DNA of 35,676 bases, taken from contig CAZVQY010000003.1 of NCBI GenBank assembly GCA_964629715.1, positions 1 to 35,676 of the forward strand, read 5' to 3'. The notes under the pieces are model-generated. The model saw only the letters and a list, made by a program, of their open reading frames with translations. It was not told the DNA's origin and did no database searches. Both the position numbers and the translations under genes were made by a program. Every line of letters begins with the position of its first letter. The stretch's first letter is position 1. The DNA comes from an uncultured Candidatus Saccharibacteria bacterium. Lineage in GTDB: Bacteria; Patescibacteriota; Dojkabacteria; SC72. Positions 1 through 8,981 of this stretch are shown in pieces.

Positions 1-1
1 T

Positions 2-457
2 GGTTATATTCCTAGCATTAAGGTTTTCTCCGATTATATATCAACGAAAAATTCATTAATCTATGGAAACATATCTAATTCAAAGAATTTTAAAGATATT
101 AACTTGCTTGCAAATATTCTCAATGACTCAAAGATTGTTTATGCCTATGGGATAAGGAATGAAAATTCATTCTTTGCATGGGATGAAGAAAATTGTGTAA
201 TTAAGGATTCATCTAATTTAGGGTATAAGGTATTTCTTTGTGACAACTGGGTAAATTGGATGAAGGGGGAAAACGAAAGCCCCCTGTTTGTATTAATTGA
301 CTGTAAAGTAGAAAATCAAATTGGAAAATGTGTATTTCTTGATTATGTAGATGTATATTTTAGAGAAAAGACTATAACAGAATATAGGTGCATATCCACA
401 AATACTCCTAAAATGTGTGACTGGGAACAATATATTAAGCAGATTGAGTATAAATAA
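2..457 (+). CDS. Hypothetical Cys-rich protein, 5'-truncated by the window edge (last 151 aa visible)
   Basis: The ORF track starts it at TTG 104, but the same frame has no stop from nt 2 onward (GYIPSIKVFSDYISTKNSLIYGNISNSKNFKDIN then LLANIL...). The gene therefore probably begins left of the window. Stop TAA 455-457. Seven Cys, no recognisable catalytic motif. Confidence 0.5.
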   Translation, partial: GYIPSIKVFSDYISTKNSLIYGNISNSKNFKDINLLANILNDSKIVYAYGIRNENSFFAWDEENCVIKDSSNLGYKVFLCDNWVNWMKGENESPLFVLIDCKVENQIGKCVFLDYVDVYFREKTITEYRCISTNTPKMCDWEQYIKQIEYK

Positions 458-474
458 ATTTATTATTAAAATTA

Positions 475-2238
475 ATGAAGACTTTAAAAAAGGTTTTCTT
501 TTCTCTTCTTCTTTTGGTTATCTCTCCTCTTGCATCAATGGCATCGGAGTCAGCTTTTATAAAAGAACAAGATGGTAAGAAATGTATTGACCTCTCTGCT
601 GCCTACGAAGAGATAAAGAATACTAGTCAGGCAATAACAGGGCAAGAACAGAGTCTTGATTCTATAAAAAAAGCTCAGACCTTGGCCACTCTTTCAAATA
701 TATATTCCTTTTTTATGGGTGATAATGCATATTGCGTAAAGGATAATGTTGCCGCTTCAAAATCGAGCTCTTTTCGTAGTACAGGCCTAATGGGAATGGT
801 CGAGAAAGGAAATAATGATTTATTAGCAGTATTTCCCTCATTAGGTGTCGGCGAGCATCTTGCTCTGGAATTCATTCCAGGTTATGAGAAGAACAAGACA
901 TTTGCATTGGAGGACACTGATCCAGAAAAGGAAAGTGGGAAAAGAAGTAAGGAGTTGGAGGAGTTACTGTTTAAAGACGATACTAGTGATAAGGAACTAG
1001 AGGACATTGACGACGATATAAATCAGATAGTCCAAGACGAAGAGAATGCTCCTGCTCTTGATATTCGTGGGTATACGTATCTAAAAGATACTTTGAAATT
1101 AGACAAGCTTTGGGGTCAATCAAGAAATTTAGCATATGTATTTTTTGTATTAGCAATGATTGCTATTGGTTTCATGATTATGTTCAGAAATAAGCTTGGA
1201 GGGCAAGTAATTGTTTCGATAGGGAATTCAATTCCTCAGTTAATTATCTGCTTGGTATTAGTTACATTTAGTTTTGCCATAGCAGGAATCATGTTAGATT
1301 TAGGTCGAACTAGTATGAAAATAGTTGAGAGGGTCTTTATTTCGGCACAAGAGGCTGCAGGAGATCCTTCTCCAGCAGTAATGGATATAAAGGGGATTGG
1401 GAGATTAAATGATCAGCTGATGTTCTCTTTTAATCCTTTTGACACAATTTCTAAGGGAGTAAGAAAAGTTCCTTTTATTGGGGGCTTTTTGGCAAATGGA
1501 ATTGAGGGTATGTCAGGTATATGGGAGAAAAATGGAGGCGTTGGAACGAGTCTACTCTGGATTACAGGGGCATATAAATTGTTTGAATCTTCAAAGGTTG
1601 TAGAAGCTATCCGCAATCAGGAAATCGTTGATGCAGATGTGACGGGAGAAGGTGGTATCCTTATTGCGAATGTTGGGGGGAGTGTTGAGATCACTGGTCC
1701 AATAGAGGCTGCCGGTGATGCTCTGCTTTCAAAGGGTCAAGTTACATTACTTGGCTTTTTCTTCTTGATTTTACTATTCATAGTTGTATGTCTGTATGCT
1801 TCTGTAAAGCTCTTTATTACAGTTCTTACAACATATATTAAAATCTTCATTAATATAGTTTTAGGGCCTTTGCAGATTGCCTCAGGTGCAATTCCTGGAA
1901 ATTTCTCAGCAGTTGGAAATTGGTTCAAGGCTTTATCTGCAAATATATTAGTTTTCCCAGTAATTATTGGTATCCTTAATGTCTTCAATTACCTAGGAGC
2001 AAATATTGATCCTGGGAAATTCAATTTCTTTGGAAACAAAGGAGTATTCTGGCCAAGTCTTCTCCTGTCTATTAGGGGTATCTTCATGTTTGCTGGATAT
2101 CTGTTCGCAGCAAATGCGCCAGCGTTGGTTAATGGTTTCCTTAAGGTTGGAGAGAACAAAACAATGTCTGCCGTAGGTGATACCGTGAAGAGAACAGCCG
2201 GAAAAATTCCTCTAATAGGTGGAATGTTTAATAAATAG
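475..2238 (+). CDS. Secreted/polytopic membrane protein of unknown function; topology resembles TrbL/VirB6-type proteins (speculative)
   Basis: 587-aa ORF. N-terminal signal peptide (MKTLKKVFFSLLLLVISPLASMA|SES). Acidic extracytoplasmic region of about 200 aa (ELEDIDDDINQIVQDEE). At least 6 hydrophobic spans (LAYVFFVLAMIAIGFMIMF, IPQLIICLVLVTFSFAIAGIML, LLGFFFLILLFIVVCLYA, ILVFPVIIGILNVF, LLLSIRGIFMFAGYLFAA) around a Gly-rich central loop. Lies 17 nt after the upstream ORF. Confidence 0.7.
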   Translation: MKTLKKVFFSLLLLVISPLASMASESAFIKEQDGKKCIDLSAAYEEIKNTSQAITGQEQSLDSIKKAQTLATLSNIYSFFMGDNAYCVKDNVAASKSSSFRSTGLMGMVEKGNNDLLAVFPSLGVGEHLALEFIPGYEKNKTFALEDTDPEKESGKRSKELEELLFKDDTSDKELEDIDDDINQIVQDEENAPALDIRGYTYLKDTLKLDKLWGQSRNLAYVFFVLAMIAIGFMIMFRNKLGGQVIVSIGNSIPQLIICLVLVTFSFAIAGIMLDLGRTSMKIVERVFISAQEAAGDPSPAVMDIKGIGRLNDQLMFSFNPFDTISKGVRKVPFIGGFLANGIEGMSGIWEKNGGVGTSLLWITGAYKLFESSKVVEAIRNQEIVDADVTGEGGILIANVGGSVEITGPIEAAGDALLSKGQVTLLGFFFLILLFIVVCLYASVKLFITVLTTYIKIFINIVLGPLQIASGAIPGNFSAVGNWFKALSANILVFPVIIGILNVFNYLGANIDPGKFNFFGNKGVFWPSLLLSIRGIFMFAGYLFAANAPALVNGFLKVGENKTMSAVGDTVKRTAGKIPLIGGMFNK

Positions 2239-2243
2239 TTCCT

Positions 2244-4166
2244 ATGGCAAATCAAGCACAAACAAAAAATCCATACGACCAGGTTTTTGACTTTATCTTC
2301 AATGTTCAAAAGAAGAAAGTTAATAAACCTTTTCCTAAACCCAGACCGGATGAGGATGGAGAGTACCTTTCCGCATTAGTTGAGATAGGAACACAGCCTG
2401 CAATATATCCTTTAGAAGGAAGTCTTGATCTGATTAATAATTATATTTCTAAAGAAACAGCTATAGACTTCGGTGGAGGTGTGCGTGCAGGATTGGGGTC
2501 TGGTGTGTTCTCAGATCCTACAGCATACGCAAAAAAGGAAGTATCAAAGGCGAGGGCGGAGGAGAATTTTGCAAGAGTTGGAGGGTACCTGCATCACGGT
2601 ATAGACGGTGCCCTAGTTTCACTTTTTGCAAAAAGAAACGGTGTTAGTTCGAAATCAGCTGTGAATATGGGGATTCTCTTCTCCGATGTTGAAAAGCTTA
2701 AGGAGGTAAAGAAAACCAAGCAATGGGCCGTTTTTGGTATTGATGATGAGGAAGATTTAGAGAAGGCAGAGGAAAGGGTTCAAAATGATGCCATTAGAAT
2801 TTTTGTGGATTCTCTTGTAAGAAATGATCCACGACTTTCAAAAGATATGCTCTTAGATACTATTAGGAGTGGGCAGAAGATAGAGAGCAGAGAGGAGAGA
2901 TTTAGAAATACCGTTGAAAGACTTAAGTATGGGGGTTTGAGCGATGTTAAGGAAAGAACCAAAGTCGCGGAGAAAATATGGGGGAAAGGGAGTGATTTGG
3001 GAGTTTATCGAAATGAGAAAGATGCTGTTGCGGAGATTTTGAAAGGTGTAGATTTTAAAGGGGATGGAGAGAGAAGACAATTTGATAAGGGAATTCATAG
3101 AATTGTTGACAGAGATCTTCAAAGCGATGAAGATAAGAGAAGGCAAAAGAATGAGATATACAAAACTCTTAAGAATGATTACAAACTTAACGCAAAAGAT
3201 GCCTCCCTGGCAACTCTAAGGCTCACACAAGAGATTCCTACTAAGAATAGTAGAGTTGATATTGCAGAAAAAGCCCTATACTCATCCCTTGTTGGGGAGG
3301 TAATGGGGAGTGCAATTCAGAATGAGGATTATGACACAGTATCAAGAGCTAAAGATGCCATTAAAGGGGTGCTTGAAAACCACTCTGGAGAAACATCTAT
3401 GGGAATGCGAGTTGCTCGAGCACGAATTTTATATAATTGGGCTAAAGATGCTGAGGGTTTGAGCCAAAAGTTATTTAATGGGGAATGGGAAAGATTTGGT
3501 AACTCTGATTTAAATTTCACTCAGATTGTAAAATCTGAGAGTGTTTATGATGATACTGGAAAGAAAATTGGTCAGTTTACTGTTCCTGCAAAGACTACAA
3601 TAGGTGCCTTGCTAGGTAATTTCTATTACTTCCATCCTAAAAATTTCATCAAAGGGATATTTTTAGATGGGGATCTGTTGCTCAAAATGGCTTCTGAATG
3701 GGATCCACAAAAAAAGAAATATGCTATCAATAAGAGGAATTCCGCATACTTCTTCTATCAAGCTCGTCTAGGGAATGTGCTTTCTGCAATTACCAAACCT
3801 GTAAATATTCTTAGTCAAAAAATTTTAGGGATAATTAATCCTTTGGCGAGTGGTCTTAAGAAGTTCATAAAAAACTTCCTTGTAAGGATGCTTGGAGCTG
3901 CTGGAGTTGGAGGTATGATTGTAAATTTTTTAATGAGAATCTTTGGTGATGAGATTGCAAAAGCAGTCGCTCAAGTAACTATAGTTATAATGATGGGTCT
4001 TCTCGGAATTCTTTTTGTGCTTCTTGAATCTACGGGAATATTCTATTCTGAAGACATAACCAAAATATTCTCTGAGAGGAATGTAAAATCTTCTGAGAGT
4101 AGTATGATGGAGAGTTCTTTGGAGAACGAAATTTTTACGGATGAAGATTTTCCTTTAAAACCTTAG
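2244..4166 (+). CDS. Hypothetical 640-aa protein, charged/helical body with C-terminal membrane anchor
   Basis: Long ORF starting 5 nt after the previous stop, so probably the same operon. No signal peptide. Lys/Glu/Arg-rich central part. Two hydrophobic segments near the C-terminus (MLGAAGVGGMIVNFLMRIF, VTIVIMMGLLGILFVLL). No motif recognised. Confidence 0.7.
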   Translation: MANQAQTKNPYDQVFDFIFNVQKKKVNKPFPKPRPDEDGEYLSALVEIGTQPAIYPLEGSLDLINNYISKETAIDFGGGVRAGLGSGVFSDPTAYAKKEVSKARAEENFARVGGYLHHGIDGALVSLFAKRNGVSSKSAVNMGILFSDVEKLKEVKKTKQWAVFGIDDEEDLEKAEERVQNDAIRIFVDSLVRNDPRLSKDMLLDTIRSGQKIESREERFRNTVERLKYGGLSDVKERTKVAEKIWGKGSDLGVYRNEKDAVAEILKGVDFKGDGERRQFDKGIHRIVDRDLQSDEDKRRQKNEIYKTLKNDYKLNAKDASLATLRLTQEIPTKNSRVDIAEKALYSSLVGEVMGSAIQNEDYDTVSRAKDAIKGVLENHSGETSMGMRVARARILYNWAKDAEGLSQKLFNGEWERFGNSDLNFTQIVKSESVYDDTGKKIGQFTVPAKTTIGALLGNFYYFHPKNFIKGIFLDGDLLLKMASEWDPQKKKYAINKRNSAYFFYQARLGNVLSAITKPVNILSQKILGIINPLASGLKKFIKNFLVRMLGAAGVGGMIVNFLMRIFGDEIAKAVAQVTIVIMMGLLGILFVLLESTGIFYSEDITKIFSERNVKSSESSMMESSLENEIFTDEDFPLKP

Positions 4167-4169
4167 GGG

Positions 4170-4246
4170 TGGCGTACCTGGCCGGAATCGAACCGACAAC
4201 CTACTGCTTAGAAGGCAATTGCTCTATCCGATTGAGCTACAGGTAC
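4170..4246 (-). tRNA. tRNA-Arg (anticodon TCT), CCA encoded
   Basis: Reverse complement reads GTACCTG TA GCTC AATCGGATA GAGC A ATTGC CTTCTAA GCAGT AGGTT GTCGG TTCGATT CCGGC CAGGTAC G CCA. This gives a perfect 7-bp acceptor stem, 4-bp D stem, 5-bp anticodon stem, anticodon loop CT-TCT-AA, a TTCGATT T-loop and 77 nt total. Confidence 0.93.
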
Positions 4247-4257
4247 ATCGCAAGGGT

Positions 4258-4266
4258 ATTCTAGCA
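4258..4266 (-). promoter_or_regulatory. Candidate extended -10 (TGCTAGAAT) for the tRNA-Arg gene
   Basis: Minus strand reads tttTGcTAGAATacccttgcgat followed by the tRNA 5' end at 4246. The 11-nt gap implies a short 5' leader. Confidence 0.4.
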
Positions 4267-4290
4267 AAAATTGTAATAGAAGGAAAGTAC

Positions 4291-5994
4291 TTAATCAGCC
4301 CTCTTTAATTCAATTAATATCCCTCCCTGCCTTGTTGGGAAGTGTCGAAGAGCTTGTGGAAAATTTTCAGGCTCAAACACTATTTCAGTTTCCTTGTCAG
4401 AGAAGATATATTTCTTAAGGAGATTCTTTCCTTCCTCCCATTTCTTTCCCTTCAGTTCGGCAATTATCTCTTCCTTCTCAACTTTTGGCTCTACCGATGC
4501 TTTGGCAACAACCTTGACCCTTGTTTTCCCCCCATCGTTTCCGACAACAGTAATCTCCTTGTTTACCTCATCGCTTAATGTCAGAACCAAATCTTTCTCT
4601 GTTTCAAAGAGGTTCTTGGCTTGTGCTTCCTGAGTTAACAACTCAGAAAGCTTTTGATCAAAACCTTCCTTCAGGAAATATGTCGCCTTACTGATGACTT
4701 TAAGGTCTAGAGATGTTTCTTTAGCTTCCGCCCCAATTGCTACTCCTGTTTTTATACTCTTCTTGTCTACCTCGCTTTTGATTGAGGATTGGATAATTTC
4801 CCATGACCCTCCAGATCCATCTTTTAACTCCGTTTCTCCTTCTGAAATAGCAATCTCCTTCAACTCCTCCATTGCCTTGTTTACATCCTGCTGTTGCAGA
4901 ACGGTATGTTCTTCTTTTGTTCCTCCCGTGAGTTCTTTGGGTGCCATAGCATACACTTCACTTTTGGAATAGTTTTGAACAGAAAAGGAAGTACCTGTGG
5001 CAAGGTTATATTCTTTTCCAATTTCATTTGCTGTGATAGAGGCTTCTACAGGAGTGAGTGAGCATTGAAGAGTTAGCGGACTATCAAGTTTAAAATACTT
5101 TCCATCATTTGAAATTACAACTGTTCCTGCGGTTAGGGTTATTGGTTCTACGCCAGTACAGCCTTCATCTTTTTTGTATGTAATTACTATCTTCCCAGTT
5201 GCTTTCTCTCCCTTGTATGCGATACCTGTAGCTTTGACGGTAGTAGAGCGTTCTTTCTCAACGGTCTCTTCTTTAATTGGGATTTTTAAATCGTCAAAAT
5301 TAATCTCTTTTATATTAGGATCACCGGTAAAGATTTTTTCTATTGAGACCTCTCGGGATTCCGTATATATCCTAATCCTCACAAGTGGGGCTGTTTTGTA
5401 GTATATGAAAGCAATCAACCCTACTAGGATAAAGAAGAAAGGAATTAACAGAAGAAGTATCTTCTTGGTTTTTGGAGAGATATTTCCTTTCGGTTTCTTC
5501 TTGTTTACCACTTTTTCCTCCTTCATTCCTTTATCAATCCGCTTCTCGAATTCTGGTAGCTGAGGTACAATTTCAGGAGATAACCCATCTGTCTCAATAT
5601 CCTCATTAATTCTAATACCGTCCTCTTGTTTCTCCTTAATAATTTGTGGCTCTACATTTTTAGGATTCATCCTGTCATTCCTGTTTTCTTCCTCTTTAAT
5701 CCAAACCTCTTCTGAAGGTAATGTCGTTGTTTCAATTGTTGTGATATGTGCACTGTTTGCATTCCTTACCCCTGTTGTGTTCTGAATTATCTGGGCAACT
5801 AGGAGCCTGTTATTTTCATCGGCGGTCTCGAGCAGAACACTTAGATTTACTGTGCTGATTAATAAGTCAGATTCTTCCGCAAAGGTAAGCAAGACCCTTT
5901 CATTTGCCGAATCAATGATTCCGGCAACTATGTCGGTCAACTCATCCTCTTTGTTGATTACAATTTTTGTTATTTTGTTATTTACTTCTTCCAT
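4291..5994 (-). CDS. Bitopic membrane protein of unknown function, translationally overlapped with the ftsA-like gene
   Basis: 567-aa ORF. Cytoplasmic N-terminal alpha/beta-like module (KIVINKEDELTDIVAGIIDSANERVLLTFAEESDLLISTVNLSVLLETADENNRLLVAQI). Charged linker, single TM (ILLLLIPFFFILVGLIAFIYY), then an extracytoplasmic beta-rich domain of about 370 aa (KATGKIVITYKKDEG...TLTAGTVVISNDGKYFKLDSPLTL). From memory it resembles proteins that pipelines label baseplate J/gp47-like in Patescibacteria; not verifiable here. Its ATG 5994 overlaps the upstream stop by 17 nt. Confidence 0.75.
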   Translation of the reverse strand: MEEVNNKITKIVINKEDELTDIVAGIIDSANERVLLTFAEESDLLISTVNLSVLLETADENNRLLVAQIIQNTTGVRNANSAHITTIETTTLPSEEVWIKEEENRNDRMNPKNVEPQIIKEKQEDGIRINEDIETDGLSPEIVPQLPEFEKRIDKGMKEEKVVNKKKPKGNISPKTKKILLLLIPFFFILVGLIAFIYYKTAPLVRIRIYTESREVSIEKIFTGDPNIKEINFDDLKIPIKEETVEKERSTTVKATGIAYKGEKATGKIVITYKKDEGCTGVEPITLTAGTVVISNDGKYFKLDSPLTLQCSLTPVEASITANEIGKEYNLATGTSFSVQNYSKSEVYAMAPKELTGGTKEEHTVLQQQDVNKAMEELKEIAISEGETELKDGSGGSWEIIQSSIKSEVDKKSIKTGVAIGAEAKETSLDLKVISKATYFLKEGFDQKLSELLTQEAQAKNLFETEKDLVLTLSDEVNKEITVVGNDGGKTRVKVVAKASVEPKVEKEEIIAELKGKKWEEGKNLLKKYIFSDKETEIVFEPENFPQALRHFPTRQGGILIELKRAD

Positions 5995-7225
5995 TTAGGT
6001 CTTTGCTATGAATATCAAAAATAAATTTCGAAAGAGCAGCAGGAGTTATGTCGAAGACATTCCTTAAATCCTTACTACTATCAGAGATATGGTCTAGTTT
6101 TTCTGGTGTAAAGAATTCAATCTTGGGGATTACCGGGAAGGGCAATGTCTTTTTCCAAGGGAATTCCAGCATAACTTCCTTAATTTCTGGAAGAAGTGAA
6201 CCTCCCCCACAGAGATATATCTGTGTTGGAAAAGAATTTACATCGTCACAGTGCTCTAGGGCGACTTTTAATGTCTTCATCCAGAGCATTGCAACAGGAT
6301 ATATGATTTTCTGAGTATCTCTTGCAAGTTCCCTGTTTAATTCCTTCTTAGAATACTTAACTTTCCTTTGCTCTGCGACCCTGAACTCCAGATTCGCAAT
6401 CTTTGCGATTTCCTTGGTAAAGGTTCTTCCTCCAAATGCAAACATCTTTGTTTCAACAACATTTCCTTTCTCAACAATCGCGACATCTGTTGTTCCTCCC
6501 CCAATGTCAAGGAAGATTGCTGAAAAATCCCTGTTTGAAGAGCCTGTGAAGGCTCTAGCAACGGCGAATGGTTGGGAAACTATTCCTAATACATTTAGCT
6601 CCAATTCGGAGGCTACTTTCCTGAGGGCCTCTACATACGTCTTTGGAGCAAATGAGGCATAGTAGTTAAGCCTAACATCTTTCCCCTTATATCCCACCAA
6701 TGACTCAACAGGCATTCCTCCTATGTCCAAGCCAGTTTTTGTCAGGTGAAGGATTTCAATGTCTTCGGTTGTAAGGCCGATTCTGCTTCCTAAGTCCTCT
6801 TTCCCACTAGACTCAATCTTGTTTTCTATCTGTGCCAAAATCTTTCCCTCTTCTTTTGCAGTCACCTCTTGGTCAAAGTTCCCATCTCGTTGATAGTTAA
6901 CTACAATTGAGACACCTTGGATATATTCTCCTGCAATACCCATCACAATGTGTTTAGGGTATTCTGCTTTTTCGAGTCTGTCTGTTAGGGAGGACATAGT
7001 GAGTCTGCAGTTGGCTAGAACCATATCAAGGTTTGTAATTATACCGCTTCTCATCGCGTGTTGTTGTTGCTCGATTCTGGAGACGTTTTTGATATTCACT
7101 CCAAATTTGTTCGTACTAAAAAGTACTCCCTTAAGCAGCTCCGTTCCGATATCTAATGCAACAACATTATCTGTTGGCTTTAGTTCCACTCTTGAATTTT
7201 TTCCTAAAAAAGGCAGGTTGAGCAT
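5978..7225 (-). CDS. ftsA: Actin-like ATPase, FtsA family (cell division protein FtsA-like; PilM not fully excluded)
   Basis: Phosphate-1 motif VVALDIGTELLKG, phosphate-2 IFLDIGGGTTDVAIVEKG, adenosine motif LCGGGSLLPEIKEV. FtsA-like stretch ILHLTKTGLDIGGMPVESLVGYKGKDVRLNYYASF...LNVLGIVSQPFAVARAF. I start it at ATG 7225 (MLNLPFLGK...) rather than the track's 7366. The longer ORF would overlap the RNase J 3' end by 95 nt, and a TGATATACT box sits at 7236-7244. Confidence 0.75.
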   Translation of the reverse strand: MLNLPFLGKNSRVELKPTDNVVALDIGTELLKGVLFSTNKFGVNIKNVSRIEQQQHAMRSGIITNLDMVLANCRLTMSSLTDRLEKAEYPKHIVMGIAGEYIQGVSIVVNYQRDGNFDQEVTAKEEGKILAQIENKIESSGKEDLGSRIGLTTEDIEILHLTKTGLDIGGMPVESLVGYKGKDVRLNYYASFAPKTYVEALRKVASELELNVLGIVSQPFAVARAFTGSSNRDFSAIFLDIGGGTTDVAIVEKGNVVETKMFAFGGRTFTKEIAKIANLEFRVAEQRKVKYSKKELNRELARDTQKIIYPVAMLWMKTLKVALEHCDDVNSFPTQIYLCGGGSLLPEIKEVMLEFPWKKTLPFPVIPKIEFFTPEKLDHISDSSKDLRNVFDITPAALSKFIFDIHSKDLNGRSK

Positions 7226-7235
7226 ATTATGGTTT

Positions 7236-7244
7236 AGTATATCA
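7236..7244 (-). promoter_or_regulatory. Candidate extended -10 (TGATATACT) 10 nt upstream of the ftsA-like ATG
   Basis: Minus strand reads aaataTGaTATACTaaaccataatATG. No Shine-Dalgarno between the box and the ATG. Confidence 0.4.
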
Positions 7245-7271
7245 TATTTAGAAAAATACAAAACAGGCAAC

Positions 7272-8963
7272 CTAAATGATTGCAATAAGGATGATTGGCT
7301 CTCTCTCTGTTCGCTTGTAAATAACCTTTGCAAGGTTCTTTTCGAGCATAGTCTGAAGCTTTTCATATTTCTTCTTCTCAGCTTTGTCTACTGACTTCAC
7401 CCACTCTCTATGAGTGTCAAAAATTGTATTTTGAATCTCTTTGAGCAAGTCTTGTGAATGCTTGAAATAAATAAAGCCTCTTGAGAGGAATCGTGGTTTC
7501 CCAATAATATTTTGAGTATTTGCACTTAGATTTAAAATTACGGTAAAAATACCATATTCTGCAAGTTGTTTCCTGTCTTTGAGAACCATATCTCCAATAT
7601 CCCCCACTCCAAGTCCGTCGATTAGAATTGGCTTAGACTCTACCTTTTTTCCTCTCGTCCAATACCTGCCATTATACTCCCACATCTGCCCATCATCGGT
7701 TAGTTGAATATTGTTAGGATTAAATCCCCATCCCTCAAGATTCTGCTTGTTAAAATATCTAAAGGTCAAGGATCCATGTATAGGCATAATATTTCTTGGC
7801 TTAATGAACTCGACCATTGCTTTTATATCTTCCTGATTTCCATGTCCGGTTGAGTGTATCTTCTTGTTAACGGTATCTTTTATAAGATCTGCACCAAGAG
7901 CAATTAGCCTGTCAGTCATCTTCTCGATATTTGAAATATTCTCTGGGATTTCTGATGAGGACATGATTATCAAATCCCCCTTCTTAATCTTAATGACCTT
8001 ATGTTCGTTTAATGAAATACGATTTAGTACAGCAAATCTCTCTCCTTGGCTACCTGTGCAAAGTATAAGGAGTTTACTGTCAGGATATTTCTTTATATCC
8101 TTTTCCTTGACGAAAATATCATCTTCGGCCTTAATATATCCATGATCCCTTGCAATCTTAATGGCTTGATCTAAACTTCTTCCAGCTAAAAGTACCTTTC
8201 TGTTTGTTCTCTTCGCAATCTCAATTAATGAATACAACCTTGTGATAAGGGATGAAAAAGCCGATACAATTACGCGACCGTTATATTTAGAAATAATTTC
8301 TTCCAGATTTGCAGAAACCATACTCTCAGAGGGTGCTCTCCCAGGCACTGTTGCATTTGTACTCTCAATTAGGGCCAAATCAACTCTTCCTCTTAGTTCT
8401 CTCAACCTCTCATAATCTGACTGGGGTTCATTCGCAGGTTTAAGGTCAAATTTAAAGTCTCCTGATAGAAATATGTTTCCTTTGGGAGATTCGAGAAAAA
8501 TAGAAAAGGAGTCTGGGATACTGTGATTTATCCCTATAAAGGTTGCTTTGAAATATTTTCCAATCTGTATTTTTGAGCTCCTGTCTACACTGTAAATCTT
8601 AACCTTTTTGTCCATCTTGTATTCCTTGAGCTTTTCTTGAATTAGTGCCTTTGCAAAACCTCCCGCGTATATCGGCGGGTAGTCAAGCTCTGGTAGAATC
8701 CAACGAAGGGCTCCGGTGTGATCAAGATGACCGTGTGTAATTAAAATAGCTTTTATATTCTTCTTTTGTTTTTTGAGGTATTGAATATTTGGGATTAAGT
8801 AGTCAATTCCATACATCTCCTGCCCAGGGAACGAATATCCAGCATCGATCATAATAATCTCATCTTTGTATTGTACGAAGTTGGAGTTTCTTCCAATTTC
8901 TGTCGTTCCTGAAAGTGTGCATAGTTTTAACAAATCCCGACCTCTTTCATTTTGATTTTCCAT
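7272..8963 (-). CDS. rnj: Ribonuclease J (metallo-beta-lactamase/beta-CASP RNase)
   Basis: HxHxDH motif ITHGHLDHTGAL. N-terminal pattern LSGTTEIGRNSNFVQYKDEIIMIDAGY. Beta-CASP region (LLILCTGSQGE, HSTGHGNQEDI) and C-terminal domain. Start set at ATG 8963 (MENQNERG...), which has TGGTATAAT 9 nt upstream. The track's 9020 start would place that promoter-like box inside the CDS. Confidence 0.9.
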   Translation of the reverse strand: MENQNERGRDLLKLCTLSGTTEIGRNSNFVQYKDEIIMIDAGYSFPGQEMYGIDYLIPNIQYLKKQKKNIKAILITHGHLDHTGALRWILPELDYPPIYAGGFAKALIQEKLKEYKMDKKVKIYSVDRSSKIQIGKYFKATFIGINHSIPDSFSIFLESPKGNIFLSGDFKFDLKPANEPQSDYERLRELRGRVDLALIESTNATVPGRAPSESMVSANLEEIISKYNGRVIVSAFSSLITRLYSLIEIAKRTNRKVLLAGRSLDQAIKIARDHGYIKAEDDIFVKEKDIKKYPDSKLLILCTGSQGERFAVLNRISLNEHKVIKIKKGDLIIMSSSEIPENISNIEKMTDRLIALGADLIKDTVNKKIHSTGHGNQEDIKAMVEFIKPRNIMPIHGSLTFRYFNKQNLEGWGFNPNNIQLTDDGQMWEYNGRYWTRGKKVESKPILIDGLGVGDIGDMVLKDRKQLAEYGIFTVILNLSANTQNIIGKPRFLSRGFIYFKHSQDLLKEIQNTIFDTHREWVKSVDKAEKKKYEKLQTMLEKNLAKVIYKRTEREPIILIAII

Positions 8964-8972
8964 ATTGCATGC

Positions 8973-8981
8973 ATTATACCA
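8973..8981 (-). promoter_or_regulatory. Candidate extended -10 (TGGTATAAT) 9 nt upstream of the RNase J ATG
   Basis: Minus strand reads gacaTGgTATAATgcatgcaatATG. Confidence 0.5.

Noticed and set aside
7226-7366. 47-codon N-terminal extension of the ftsA-like ORF
   Set aside because: It would overlap the RNase J 3' end by 95 nt. The extension (MKSFRLCSKRTLQRLFTSEQRESQ...) does not look like the FtsA fold, which begins at the DIGT motif shortly after Met 7225. A TGATATACT box lies in the resulting 46-nt gap.
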